DNA of 61,504 bases, from positions 1-61,504 of the forward strand of contig CAMYIX010000075.1 of NCBI GenBank assembly GCA_947258615.1, read 5' to 3'. This stretch comes from an uncultured Ectothiorhodospiraceae bacterium. Its GTDB lineage: Bacteria > Pseudomonadota > Gammaproteobacteria > UBA9214. A program made the translations under genes and the position numbers. How positions within the stretch are numbered: position 1 is the first letter of the stretch; each line of letters begins with the position of its first letter. The notes under the pieces were generated by a model. The model was not told the DNA's origin. It saw nothing but the letters and a program-made list of their open reading frames with translations, and did no database searches. This document shows positions 1-9,075 of the stretch, piece by piece.

Positions 1-176
1 TGACCATCGACAACCAGATCACCGCCCCGGTCACCCAGGGGCAGACCCTTGGCAAGGTACAGGTGCAGCTGGGCGAGGAACTGATCACCGAACACGAACT
101 GATCGCACTGCAGGGCGTTGATGAAGGCTCCTTCTGGCAACGCCTCATGGATGAAGCCCTGCTCTATTTCGAATAG
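1..176 (+). CDS. D-alanyl-D-alanine carboxypeptidase (PBP5/6 family), C-terminal fragment; 5' end lies outside the window
   Basis: The frame starting at nt 3 reads ...TIDNQITAPVTQGQTLGKVQVQLGEELITEHELIALQGVDEGSFWQRLMDEALLYFE*, with the stop at 174-176. This resembles the C-terminal tail of DacA/DacC-type PBPs. Confidence 0.55.
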   Translation, partial: TIDNQITAPVTQGQTLGKVQVQLGEELITEHELIALQGVDEGSFWQRLMDEALLYFE

Positions 177-220
177 GGCGACTTGCCTTAAGCGCTCACC
201 AGCCGGTCCCCGCAACGCAC

Positions 221-1084
221 ATGTCCACCGCCTATCTGAACGGTACTTTCCTGCCACTGGACCAGGCACAGGTGTCCGTCATGGACCGGGGCTTTCTGTT
301 CGGCGACGGTGTCTACGAGGTCATACCCGTCTATAACGGCAGGCTGTTCCGGCTCGCCCAACACCTCAAGCGCCTGCAGAACAGCCTCGATGGCGTGCGT
401 ATCGGCAACCCGATGACGGAAAACGAATGGACCGAGGTGCTCACCGGCCTGGTGGCGCGTAACACCGGCAGCGAACAGGCCGTCTATCTGCAGGTCACCC
501 GGGGCGTGGCTGCAAAGCGTGACCATGCCTTTCCGGTCGCTTCCCGTCCGACGGTATTTGCCATGAGCACGCCGGCGCCCGCTGTACAAGACAGCGCCGA
601 CGAGGCCGGAATCAAGGCCATCACCCTGCCGGACATCCGCTGGCAGCAATGCGACATCAAGGCAATCACCCTGCTGCCCAATGTCCTGTTGCGCCAGCAG
701 GCCATCGATGCTTCGACGGCCGAGGCGATACTGATCAAGAACGGCCATGCCACCGAGGGTGCGGCGAGTAATGTCTTCATCGTCCACAACGGTGTCCTGG
801 TGACAACACCCAAGGGCCCCTCACTGTTGCCCGGCATCACCCGCGAACTGGTCCTGGAGCTGGCTTCCGCCAACGGCATTCCATTCCGCGAGGCCGGCAT
901 CACGGAGCAGGCACTCGAACAGGCCGAGGAGATCTGGGTCACCAGTTCCACCCGGGAAATCTCACCGGTCACCCACCTCAATGACAAAAGCGTCGGGGAC
1001 GGACAGCCCGGCCCGCTCTGGCAGCGCATGATCCGGCTCTACCAGGACTACAAGCAGGACCTGCGCAGGGACGCGGCGAGCTAA
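221..1084 (+). CDS. dat: Class IV (fold type IV) aminotransferase, probably D-amino-acid transaminase
   Basis: 287-aa ORF beginning MSTAYLNGTFLPLDQAQVSVMDRGFLFGDGVYEVIPVYNGRLF...HLKRL. These are typical Dat/IlvE-family N-terminal motifs. It lies next to a PBP5/6 gene. Confidence 0.75.
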   Translation: MSTAYLNGTFLPLDQAQVSVMDRGFLFGDGVYEVIPVYNGRLFRLAQHLKRLQNSLDGVRIGNPMTENEWTEVLTGLVARNTGSEQAVYLQVTRGVAAKRDHAFPVASRPTVFAMSTPAPAVQDSADEAGIKAITLPDIRWQQCDIKAITLLPNVLLRQQAIDASTAEAILIKNGHATEGAASNVFIVHNGVLVTTPKGPSLLPGITRELVLELASANGIPFREAGITEQALEQAEEIWVTSSTREISPVTHLNDKSVGDGQPGPLWQRMIRLYQDYKQDLRRDAAS

Positions 1085-1149
1085 CGGTTACCCTGGAGGG
1101 CCCTGCCGATGTATCCAGTCAAATCAACGTAATCTCCGAGGAGCAGCAG

Positions 1150-1578
1150 ATGCCATCAACCAGCCAGTCGATTGTCGTGCCCGCGCCCGTTGCCGAGGTC
1201 TGGGCCCGGGTCAGCAACTTTCATGATTTTTCCTGGGCCCCGAATGTCATCACCGGTGTCGAGCAGGTCGGCGACCGGGCCGGCACCGAGGTCGGTGCCA
1301 GGAGGATCCTCAACCAGGCCTTCCATGAGACCCTGATCGAAATTGACGCTGACCAGCACCTGCTGAGGTATTCCATCGATGACGGCCCCAGCCCGGTATC
1401 AGCGGATGATGTCTCGAACTATATTGGCCAGGTCAAGCTGAGCCCCGCATCGGGGGGCATCGGCACACTGGTTGAATGGACGTCCTCCTGGGAATCGAAC
1501 AGCGATGATGCCGTCGAGTTCTGCCACGGGATCTATGTGGCGCTGCTCGAGGCACTAGCAAAGTCGTTCCAGTCATAA
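1150..1578 (+). CDS. SRPBCC (Bet v1 / polyketide cyclase-like) family protein
   Basis: 142-aa ORF with a GAGGAG Shine-Dalgarno sequence 6 nt upstream. The pattern VVPAPVAEVWARVSNFHDFSWAPNV...LLRYSIDD...GTLVEWTSSWE is typical of SRPBCC ligand-binding proteins. Confidence 0.65.
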   Translation: MPSTSQSIVVPAPVAEVWARVSNFHDFSWAPNVITGVEQVGDRAGTEVGARRILNQAFHETLIEIDADQHLLRYSIDDGPSPVSADDVSNYIGQVKLSPASGGIGTLVEWTSSWESNSDDAVEFCHGIYVALLEALAKSFQS

Positions 1579-1629
1579 TCCGGCCACGCACGCAGCCGAC
1601 TGACGGACATACATCACAAGAACTGCCTG

Positions 1630-2064
1630 ATGCCGTCAGCGACGCTGTTATCGATTATCGAGTCACCCGCCCACCCGGATTTTTCCGGCCTGTACCGCCG
1701 GCTTGATCTGGCGGAAACCAGGGTAGGCTCGATAAGAAAGGCCATCAGCCAACTGAAGTCACAGGCACCGGATTTCGTGGTAGCCGAGTTCTTCTATGGC
1801 TATGGCAACAACTACGCCGGCGTCAACATCAGCAACCTGGACGTCTTCCTCTACAGCCTGCAGAAGTTCGCGCCTGATGCGCGGGTGATCGTGATGCTGG
1901 ATAAGACCGAGCGCCGTTACGTCGACAAGCTCTACGGGATCATCCCGCTGCGCGGCGTGCTGCAGCACCCGGTATGCGAAGCGGACATGGAAGCCCTGCT
2001 GGCGGCCAGCCTGTCACAACAGGCCGGCGGGACGCCCGGGACTCCTGATGCCGGCGACCGCTGA
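1630..2064 (+). CDS. Hypothetical protein (no family recognised)
   Basis: 144-aa ORF in a coding-like frame, co-directional with the upstream genes. No obvious Shine-Dalgarno sequence. The alternating hydrophobic strand/helix pattern suggests an alpha/beta fold. Confidence 0.4.
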   Translation: MPSATLLSIIESPAHPDFSGLYRRLDLAETRVGSIRKAISQLKSQAPDFVVAEFFYGYGNNYAGVNISNLDVFLYSLQKFAPDARVIVMLDKTERRYVDKLYGIIPLRGVLQHPVCEADMEALLAASLSQQAGGTPGTPDAGDR

Positions 2065-2074
2065 GAAACGCGGG

Positions 2075-2677
2075 CTAGACCGGGGCCGCGCCGGTCAGTC
2101 GATTGCCCTGCTCGTCCAGCAGGTAGACCGCCCGACCGGCGGCATCGGCCTCCAGTTGCAGCCGCAGCCCGATCCTTGAAGCCGTTCCCGCCTGTGTTTC
2201 TACCCGGAACAGTATACCGAGGCTGTGCCCGATGCCGGCGGCCTTTGCCAGGCGTCTTGCCATCAGTTCCGTCGCGCAGCCCGGCCACGCCATCACCACA
2301 CTGAAATCACCGCAGCGCAGCAGCGACTCCAGCGTCCACAGCCCGCTGCGGCCCTGGTGCGGGTTGATCTGCTGGACACGCGCCGCATCCACGGTCGCAT
2401 CCGACAGTACCCGTACTCGGGCACTGTATGGCGGCACCACCATGCCCAGCCAGCGGCCCTGCTGACTCAGCCTGGCCAGTGCCGGAAGAAACAGGGACAG
2501 CGCATCGCTATAGTCGTCCGGCACCAGCACTTCGACGAGTCCGCGTTTCGGCCAGCCACCGGCAGGCAGCAGGGCTTCCAGTTCAGGTGTCCCGGCGGGG
2601 ATGACCGGCACCTGGCGAGTGCGCTGCTTGTCCCAGGCATTCAAGTGGTGCAGTTTGGGGGAATTGTTCATGCTCAT
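2075..2677 (-). CDS. sulA: SulA-like SOS cell-division inhibitor (SulA/ImuA RecA-fold family)
   Basis: 200-aa ORF overlapping the lexA stop by 4 nt. The segment [20 protein letters not shown]...[10 protein letters not shown]...GILFR parallels E. coli SulA ([20 protein letters not shown]...GNYSVVIGWL...GFIMR). No imuB or dnaE2 lies nearby. Confidence 0.65.
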   Translation of the reverse strand: MSMNNSPKLHHLNAWDKQRTRQVPVIPAGTPELEALLPAGGWPKRGLVEVLVPDDYSDALSLFLPALARLSQQGRWLGMVVPPYSARVRVLSDATVDAARVQQINPHQGRSGLWTLESLLRCGDFSVVMAWPGCATELMARRLAKAAGIGHSLGILFRVETQAGTASRIGLRLQLEADAAGRAVYLLDEQGNRLTGAAPV

Positions 2678-3279
2678 ATCTCCTTGCGCAGTACACCGAC
2701 ACCCAGCCCCTCGATTACCAGGGGCTGGTCCCGCAAATCAATCTTGATGGGTTCGTAGGCCGGGTTCTCCGGCAGCAGGCGCACGATTGAACCACGCCGC
2801 CGAAAACGCTTGACGGTGACCTCTTCGTCGATGCGCGCTACCACGATCTGGCCATTCTCTGCATGCGGGGTGCGGTGCACCGCCAATAGGTCGCCATCCA
2901 TAATGCCGACGTCCTTCATGCTGTCACCGTGAACCTGCAACAGGTAATCGGCACGCGGATGAAACAGTCCCGCCTCGACCCGGCAGTAGTCCTCGATGTG
3001 CTGCTGCGCGAGTACCGGTTCACCGGCGGCGACACGCCCCACCACCGGCAGCCCGGGGTCTTCCTCCAGGAGCCGGATACCGCGCGAGGCGCCGGAGACC
3101 AGTTCGATGACCCCCTTGCGTTCCAGTGCGCGCAGGTGGTCCTCCGCGGCGTTCGGGGAACGGAACCCAAGGGCAGCGGCGATCTCGGCGCGCGTGGGTG
3201 GGCAACCCGCATGTGTAATGTGACGGCGTATCAACTCGAGGATCTCGGCCTGCCGCGCGGTGAGGGTATCTTTGCTCAT
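2674..3279 (-). CDS. lexA: LexA repressor
   Basis: 201 aa. It has an N-terminal wHTH ([16 protein letters not shown]...[34 protein letters not shown]) and a C-terminal S24 peptidase region (VAAGEP...GDSM...VKRF). Confidence 0.95.
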   Translation of the reverse strand: MSKDTLTARQAEILELIRRHITHAGCPPTRAEIAAALGFRSPNAAEDHLRALERKGVIELVSGASRGIRLLEEDPGLPVVGRVAAGEPVLAQQHIEDYCRVEAGLFHPRADYLLQVHGDSMKDVGIMDGDLLAVHRTPHAENGQIVVARIDEEVTVKRFRRRGSIVRLLPENPAYEPIKIDLRDQPLVIEGLGVGVLRKEI

Positions 3280-3288
3280 GGCTGTTTA

Positions 3289-3304
3289 CTGATTATTTAT
3301 ACAG
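3289..3304. promoter_or_regulatory. SOS box 1 (LexA operator), CTG-N10-CAG
   Basis: CTGATTATTTATACAG, located 10 nt upstream of the lexA ATG in the lexA/ispG divergent spacer. Confidence 0.7.
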
Positions 3305-3307
3305 GTA

Positions 3308-3323
3308 CTGTAAATATACACAG
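3308..3323. promoter_or_regulatory. SOS box 2 (LexA operator), near-consensus
   Basis: With flanks it reads TACTGTAAATATACACAGTA, against the gammaproteobacterial consensus TACTGTATATATATACAGTA. It is in tandem with box 1, as at E. coli lexA. Confidence 0.85.
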
Positions 3324-3507
3324 TAATGATCATGATGCAAGTAGTCGTTCTACCCGACTGTTTTCATTGATATATTTCAAGCGTTGCCAGAATGGCGGTT
3401 ACACCGTTCGGAACCCGGGAGGCATCGGATGGCCCGCAAACCGGCACCCTGTACCTGCCAGGGAAATGAATTATCATTACCGACCCCCTAGTACAGGTAG
3501 CCATTGC

Positions 3508-4743
3508 ATGTCCGTCTCCCCGCCCCTGATCAATCCCCGCCATTCGGTCGCGGTCCGCATCGGCAGTGTCACCGTGGGTGGCGCGGCACCGGTACTGATC
3601 CAGTCCATGACCAACACCGATACCGCGGACGTGGACGCGACCGTCAGGCAGGTGAGCGAACTGGCCCATGCCGGTTCCGAACTGGTGCGCATCACGGTCA
3701 ACTCCGAGGCCGCGGCACGCGCCGTGCCCGGAATCCATGAACGCCTGCTCAAGGCCGGCCTGGACATCCCGCTGGTGGGTGACTTTCATTTCAACGGGCA
3801 CAAGCTGCTGGCGAACCACCCCGACTGCGCCACGGCGCTGGCCAAGTACCGCATCAATCCCGGCAATGTAGGTCGCGGCAGGAAGCGTGACGAGCAGTTC
3901 AGCGCCTTTATCGAGATCGCCTGCCGCCATGACAAGCCGGTGCGGATCGGCGTGAACTGGGGCAGCCTGGACCAGGTGCTGGTCGCAAGGCTGATGGACG
4001 AGAATTCGCGCCGCAGCGAGCCCCGGGAATCACACGAGGTCATGCACAAGATCATGGTGACCTCGGCACTGGAAAGCGCCGCCCAGGCGGAAGCCATCGG
4101 CCTGGGGCGCGACCACATCATCCTGTCGGCCAAGATGAGCGGTGTACAGGACCTGATCGCCGTCTACCGGGAACTGTCGGTGCGCTGCGACTACGCCCTG
4201 CACCTGGGCCTGACCGAGGCCGGCATGGGCACCCGCGGCGTCGTGGCCTCCACGGCCGCACTGGCCGTGCTGCTGCAGGAAGGCGTCGGTGACACTATCC
4301 GCATCTCCCTGACACCGGAACCGGGCGGTGACCGCACCCGCGAGGTGGTCGTGGCCCAGGAACTGCTGCAGTCGATGGGGTTGCGGCATTTCACCCCGGC
4401 AGTCATCGCCTGCCCGGGTTGTGGCCGCACCACCAGCCACTACTTCCAGCAACTCGCCCAGGACATCGAGGGACACCTGCGCGCCCGGATGCCGGAGTGG
4501 CGCCTGCAGTATCCGGGGGTCGAGGAGATGACCGTGGCCGTGATGGGCTGCGTGGTCAACGGACCCGGCGAAAGCAAGCACGCCGATATCGGCATCAGCC
4601 TGCCGGGCACGGGTGAGAAACCGGTCGCCCCGGTGTACGTGGACGGTGAAAAGACCGTCACCCTCAAGGGTGAATCCATCGCTGCGGATTTCCAGAAGCT
4701 GGTGGACGACTACGTGCAACGGCGTTACGGGCGGCATGCCTAG
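3508..4743 (+). CDS. ispG: 4-hydroxy-3-methylbut-2-en-1-yl diphosphate synthase (IspG/GcpE)
   Basis: The supplied ORF 2929-4743 is an over-extension antisense to lexA. The homologous part starts at the ATG at 3508 ([42 protein letters not shown]...). It carries INPGN and the C-terminal Fe-S ligand region ACPGCGRT...GCVVNGPGE. Confidence 0.9.
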   Translation: MSVSPPLINPRHSVAVRIGSVTVGGAAPVLIQSMTNTDTADVDATVRQVSELAHAGSELVRITVNSEAAARAVPGIHERLLKAGLDIPLVGDFHFNGHKLLANHPDCATALAKYRINPGNVGRGRKRDEQFSAFIEIACRHDKPVRIGVNWGSLDQVLVARLMDENSRRSEPRESHEVMHKIMVTSALESAAQAEAIGLGRDHIILSAKMSGVQDLIAVYRELSVRCDYALHLGLTEAGMGTRGVVASTAALAVLLQEGVGDTIRISLTPEPGGDRTREVVVAQELLQSMGLRHFTPAVIACPGCGRTTSHYFQQLAQDIEGHLRARMPEWRLQYPGVEEMTVAVMGCVVNGPGESKHADIGISLPGTGEKPVAPVYVDGEKTVTLKGESIAADFQKLVDDYVQRRYGRHA

Positions 4744-4784
4744 GCTTCAGCCGGCAACACGGCAGCGTTACAGCTAAAGCAGCA

Positions 4785-4809
4785 CCCCTGCCGGCGACAC
4801 CGGCAGGGG
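4785..4809. terminator. Hairpin between convergent ispG and the DUF481 gene (possible bidirectional terminator)
   Basis: CCCCTGCCGG-CGACA-CCGGCAGGGG forms a perfect 10-bp stem. Only a weak T-run is present (TTT on the minus strand). Confidence 0.4.
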
Positions 4810-4837
4810 CACCTCCGATACGCAGTCACATCGACCG

Positions 4838-5846
4838 CTACCAGCCGTAGCCCAGGTTAAACAGGTAGCGCGTATCCACCCGGTCGTTGCCCGGTGCCGG
4901 GGTATTATCCCAGTCGACATCGATTTCTGCCGTAGCGGTGAAGGCGTCGGTCAGCATCGCGCGCAGGCCGGTGCGCGTAATGATGATGATGTCATTGGTA
5001 TCCTCAAGCCCCAGCAGGCCCTCGTGGAAGTGGAAGAACTGCAGCCGCTTCGGATACAGGAAATGGTCGAAGTTGAGTGACCAGCGCGCCGCCGGCGAAG
5101 TCCTCGTTCACGTAGGACAGGCCGCCCTCCAGTGACAGGTTGGTCAAATCCGATTCGAAGAACTGGTAGCCGGCACCCAGGCCCAGCGAAGTGCGCAGGT
5201 TCAGGTCCGCGAAATCATCCTTGAACAGCACCGCATTGGCATAGGAGTACCACTTCTTGGTGAAAAAGTGGTCGTACTTGAGGTAGGCCGTGGCATTGTT
5301 CTCGCTCTCGGTACCGTCATCCAGCGCCTGGTTGTAAATCGCGCCGGCCGTGAAACGGTTTTGTTTGGTGCGCGCCACTGACTCGATGTCACCGTGGTAG
5401 GATTCCTTGTCGGTGTTGCCCTTGGCGAGATAGACACCGACATTCGCGCGCCCGCTTAGTTTGACCCCGTTCTGTGGCGCCGGCGGGTTGATCAGGGCAA
5501 CCCGCGCCACAGGTACCTGGCCGGCCTGCACCAGTTCACTGCCCGCGATACTGACCGTACCGTCGCTGGCACGGGTCAGTGTACCCTTGAGCAGGGACTC
5601 ATCATCGAGCTGTACCACGACCGGCGCCTCGGTCACCACGCTGATGACCTTGTCCCAGGCGATGCCGATCTCGCCGGCAAAGTCCGTCTTCAGCGTCAGG
5701 GTATCCCCCGCCTTCTTGACCACCGTGCCGCTGACTCGGTCGCCATTGACCAAGTACACCTCGTCGGCAAGCGCCGGAAGACCAAAGGAAAACACACCCA
5801 ACACACCCAACACACGTAGCAACGCCTTCACACACATCTCCTTCAT
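4838..5846 (-). pseudogene. DUF481 (YdiY-like) outer-membrane beta-barrel protein, frameshifted
   Basis: The listed ORF (5004-5912) has a signal peptide (MKEMCVKALLRVLGVLGVFSFGLPALA) and a DUF481-like body up to ...LSYVNEDFAGGA. The conserved C-terminus continues in another frame to the TAG at 4838-4840: WSLNFDHFLYPKRLQFFHFHEGLLGLEDTNDIIIITRTGLRAMLTDAFTATAEIDVDWDNTPAPGNDRVDTRYLFNLGYGW*. The frame change lies in the GC run around 5081-5098. Alternative starts are 5837 and 5831. Confidence 0.7.
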
Positions 5847-6110
5847 CAATGGAAAAGAAACGGTCCAGATGAGGCTGGCCAGCGGCCAGGGCCACCCTGT
5901 TAATCGGATCAAAACAGGCGCGAATGATAGCAGGGCCGCAGCGGGCGGGCACTACCGGACATCATTGTTAACAACCGGGAAAAACTGAACAAATAAAGGC
6001 AGTCTTTATGCCGGGCAACAGGTGAAGCGCGGAAAGTGATCTGGTGGCCCTTGAAACAGTTTCGGTGGTGATATTTATTGAAGACTGCAGAAGATGCAAA
6101 ACAGTCGGAA

Positions 6111-6154
6111 GGGGAAAAGGGGCCCTGGCGGGGGGACAGCGGTACCAGGACCCC
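6111..6154 (-). terminator. Rho-independent terminator of the small secreted-protein gene
   Basis: The minus strand reads GGGGTCCTGG-16 nt-CCAGGGCCCC-TTTTCCCC. That is a 10-bp stem with one G-U pair, starting 12 nt after the stop codon. Confidence 0.6.
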
Positions 6155-6166
6155 TTGCCTGCTGTG

Positions 6167-6385
6167 CTACTGTGCCGCGCCCGCAGTGTCCGCCTGCGAC
6201 AGTTCCTGACCTTTGGTGTCTGCTTGCGTTCCCTTGTCGACAACTTCAACGGCTTCAGTTGCAGTAGCGGCAGCCGCCTCGGCGCTTGCATCAGCCACAG
6301 CGGCGGCGTCCTTGGCCATTTCAGTTTCGGCATACGCGAAGGGGGCAGCAATAACCAGGGCGGCAATAATCATCAATTTCTTCAT
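6167..6385 (-). CDS. Small secreted Ala/Glu-rich protein (hypothetical)
   Basis: 72 aa. It has an AGGAAG Shine-Dalgarno sequence 7 nt upstream and a signal peptide MKKLMIIAALVIAAPFAYA|ETE. The mature part is a low-complexity acidic Ala-rich sequence. It is flanked by a promoter-like motif and a terminator. Confidence 0.55.
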   Translation of the reverse strand: MKKLMIIAALVIAAPFAYAETEMAKDAAAVADASAEAAAATATEAVEVVDKGTQADTKGQELSQADTAGAAQ

Positions 6386-6440
6386 AAGTCACTTCCTTTT
6401 TGGAGATTCGTGGTTCAGGCACATGCCTGTCCAAACACAG

Positions 6441-6456
6441 AGCAATACCTATGCCA
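6441..6456 (-). promoter_or_regulatory. Candidate sigma-54 (-24/-12) promoter
   Basis: The minus strand reads TGGCATAGGTATTGCT, matching TGGCAC-N5-TTGCW with correct GG/GC spacing. It lies about 55 nt upstream of the ATG at 6385. A CAGGCACATGCCTG palindrome (6416-6429) sits in the leader. Confidence 0.45.
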
Positions 6457-6876
6457 ATACGCGGCCACACCCGCTGGCCCCCGCCAGTAAAGCGATTTGG
6501 TCAGGCGTCGGAAAAGCAGAAGGCCTGCAGGAGTGTAATTGTGTCGTCGAATCCCAACGGTCAAAGCCGACAGATGGCTAACTTGTTGACTATTTTGCAT
6601 TAATTACTGTCGTTAACTGGCAACTCCCGGCCCAAAGCGCGTGGCAACGGGCCAGCATTCAGCGCCATCGGCCTCGGACAACCCTGTTCCAACCGCCGGG
6701 CAAACCGGTCACTCACCCAACCGCAGGGCGGCCCGCGCTCCGGAACCAGCCGCATGTTAATGATTTATTTAATTTATTCATGACCCAGGGGGCGGCTTTC
6801 GTGGACCCGCGGGGACCGGCATTTTTTCTCTGCAAACAGGCAAACCGGCACCTGGCGACAGCGAAAGGTTGGACAG

Positions 6877-7494
6877 ATGAAACGATATCTCACCGTAGTA
6901 TTGTCACTGGCCCTGCTGGCATTCGGCCCCCCCGTGCTCCCAGGCCAGTCGCCCCAGGACCTGGTGCATGCCACGTCCACCCGGATGCTGACGAAGATCA
7001 GGCAGGAAAAAACACTCATTGAACAGGAGCCTGGGCGGCTGTATGAGCTGGTGTCCGAGATCGTCCTGCCGCATTTCGATTTCGAACGCATGGGACGCTG
7101 GACACTGGGGAAATACTGGCAACGTGCGACACTGGAGCAGCGCGATCAGTTCATCAACGAGTTTCGCTCTCTGCTGGTACGCAAATACGGCAGCGCGCTT
7201 GCGGACTATAGCGACGAAGAAATCGTGTACCTGCCTTTTACTATGGATGAAAACGACACCCGGGTAACAGTGCATACCGAGATCAAACCGGCCAACGGGA
7301 TGCCGGTACACATCGCCTACCGGCTGCACCACACGGGTAGCGGCTGGAAGGTACATGACGTGTCAATTGAGGGTATCAGCCTGGTAACCAACTACCGGAC
7401 GTCATTTACCAGCAAGATCCGTCAGGAAGGTCTGGAGCAGCTGATAAGACAGCTTGCGGCCATCAATAAGGGTGCGGGGACGACCGACAGTTAA
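6877..7494 (+). CDS. MlaC/Ttg2D-family periplasmic phospholipid-binding protein
   Basis: 205 aa with a signal peptide. The segment ...LYELVSEIVLPHFDFERMGRWTLGKYWQRATLEQRDQFINEFRSLLVRKYG...WKVHDVSIEGISLVTNYRTSF matches the toluene-tolerance Ttg2D/MlaC pattern. Confidence 0.8.
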   Translation: MKRYLTVVLSLALLAFGPPVLPGQSPQDLVHATSTRMLTKIRQEKTLIEQEPGRLYELVSEIVLPHFDFERMGRWTLGKYWQRATLEQRDQFINEFRSLLVRKYGSALADYSDEEIVYLPFTMDENDTRVTVHTEIKPANGMPVHIAYRLHHTGSGWKVHDVSIEGISLVTNYRTSFTSKIRQEGLEQLIRQLAAINKGAGTTDS

Positions 7495-7512
7495 AGGATT
7501 AACAGGCGCTAC

Positions 7513-9075
7513 TCAGGATGCCTCGTTACCCATGCTGACCGAACCCAACTGTCCGCCCAGGCGCGCCGCAACCCCCGGCTTGTCCAGTTCCCGCTCGATG
7601 ATATCCATGGTGGCGCGGCCGACATAGTCACTGCCCCCCTCCAGACTGTCCACTGCCTCGAGATAACTGCGCGCAATCAGGGGACCAAGGGGGGCCGGAT
7701 TATATAGCAGTCGCTTTATGATGAAGGGATTCAACGTAAGCGGGTTGTAGTCTTCCTTCAGATAGCCCTGCCGGATCAGCAGCTGTTCCACGGGCGTACC
7801 GGGCTGGATACCAATGAAGAAAATAAATGGCAGCACATTGTCCCGCCCAAACAACTGGTACAACTCGCCGATACGGCTGATGGTTTTTCTCAATGTCGCG
7901 ACTGTCTCACCCGGCGCATTGATTGGTATATACAGCTTGACCTTCTGGTCAGTGTAGCCGGCCTGCCTGAACATCCGGAACGCCTCCATCTGCTGTTCCA
8001 GCGAATAGCCCAGTGTGAGGCTGTTGATGACCTCCTGGGTGCCGGTGAACGACAGATCAAGACTGGCCAGGCCGCTGTCCAGCATTTTTCCGGCGAGTTC
8101 CCTGGTGAGGTAGTTCAGGCGCAGATAGCCGGTCCACTCGATGGCTATGCCTCTGCGCATCAACTCGTCAAGGATCTGTTCCACATGGCGGGTACTGCGC
8201 TTGGTTGAACAGAACTGCGCATCGGTGAACCAGATCTTACTGACGCCATAGTCTCTGTTGAGCGCCTCGATCTCATCGACGATCTCATGCGGTTCACGAT
8301 AGCGCTGACGCGCACCCTCGATCTTGTTGTACAGGCAGAAGTGACACTGATACGGACAACCGCGCTTGGTGTGCACACCGACATAGTCATCCAGATACTC
8401 ACGGAATGCCGGAAAAATGGACTCTATATAGCCAAAATCAACAGCCGTCAGACCGGCCAGGTCGAAATTGCCTTCCGGGTGCCCGTGGCTCACACTGCCG
8501 GAATGATCCTTGTAATAACACTCACCGGCCGCCTGTGTGAAACCGTCCACGATGGACAACATCGCGGCCTCGCCCTCGCCTACAACCACCACACTGTCGA
8601 CCGGGCACTGCTTGGCAACGTACTTTCCGAATATCGAAACAGCCGTGCCACCGACCACAATCCGAGAGTCAGGCAATAACCTGCGCACCAGCCGCATGAA
8701 ACCGAAATTGCGTATTCGGCTTGCAGAGTAGTCATAGATGATGGAGATCGCATCCAGGCCTGCTTTCAGCCTGTTGCCCAGCTTCGGCGAGTGGTCAAAG
8801 TTCATCACCACATCCAGGGCATCATCCTCCGGGTGCGGGCCGAATGACTGCATGTTGCGCCACGAGAACGCCACGATATCAGGCCTGGATGCCAGCACTT
8901 TCTGCTTCAGGATCTGCCTGCGCTGCCCGGGAGGGACAAGCGCAAGATCCAGGATCTCCTGGTGAATTTCAGGACGTTGCTTGTGGATAAAATCGGCAAC
9001 GTAGATCACCCCGCCGGGATAGATCTTCCAGCAAGGCAGACGAACATAGAGAATCTTTTCGGGCGCCCTACGCAT
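7513..9075 (-). CDS. B12-binding-domain radical SAM enzyme (class B), specific function unknown
   Basis: The ORF is trimmed to the ATG at 9075 (MRRAPEKILYVRLP...), which has an AAGAAGG Shine-Dalgarno-like sequence upstream. The N-terminus is a Rossmann-like cobalamin-binding region. The radical SAM cluster motif is HTKRGCPYQCHFCLY (CX3CX2C). Confidence 0.8.
   Translation of the reverse strand: MRRAPEKILYVRLPCWKIYPGGVIYVADFIHKQRPEIHQEILDLALVPPGQRRQILKQKVLASRPDIVAFSWRNMQSFGPHPEDDALDVVMNFDHSPKLGNRLKAGLDAISIIYDYSASRIRNFGFMRLVRRLLPDSRIVVGGTAVSIFGKYVAKQCPVDSVVVVGEGEAAMLSIVDGFTQAAGECYYKDHSGSVSHGHPEGNFDLAGLTAVDFGYIESIFPAFREYLDDYVGVHTKRGCPYQCHFCLYNKIEGARQRYREPHEIVDEIEALNRDYGVSKIWFTDAQFCSTKRSTRHVEQILDELMRRGIAIEWTGYLRLNYLTRELAGKMLDSGLASLDLSFTGTQEVINSLTLGYSLEQQMEAFRMFRQAGYTDQKVKLYIPINAPGETVATLRKTISRIGELYQLFGRDNVLPFIFFIGIQPGTPVEQLLIRQGYLKEDYNPLTLNPFIIKRLLYNPAPLGPLIARSYLEAVDSLEGGSDYVGRATMDIIERELDKPGVAARLGGQLGSVSMGNEAS

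Noticed and set aside
2929-3507. The supplied 604-aa ORF extends ispG about 193 codons upstream, across the lexA gene on the opposite strand
   Set aside because: The extension is antisense to a confidently called lexA and spans the SOS-box spacer. IspG homology only begins at the ATG at 3508. This is a GC-rich shadow ORF.
5968-6581. Several overlapping ORFs (132, 148 and 122 aa) around the small secreted-protein gene
   Set aside because: They overlap the better-supported 72-aa gene, which has a Shine-Dalgarno sequence, signal peptide, promoter and terminator. They have no signals of their own.
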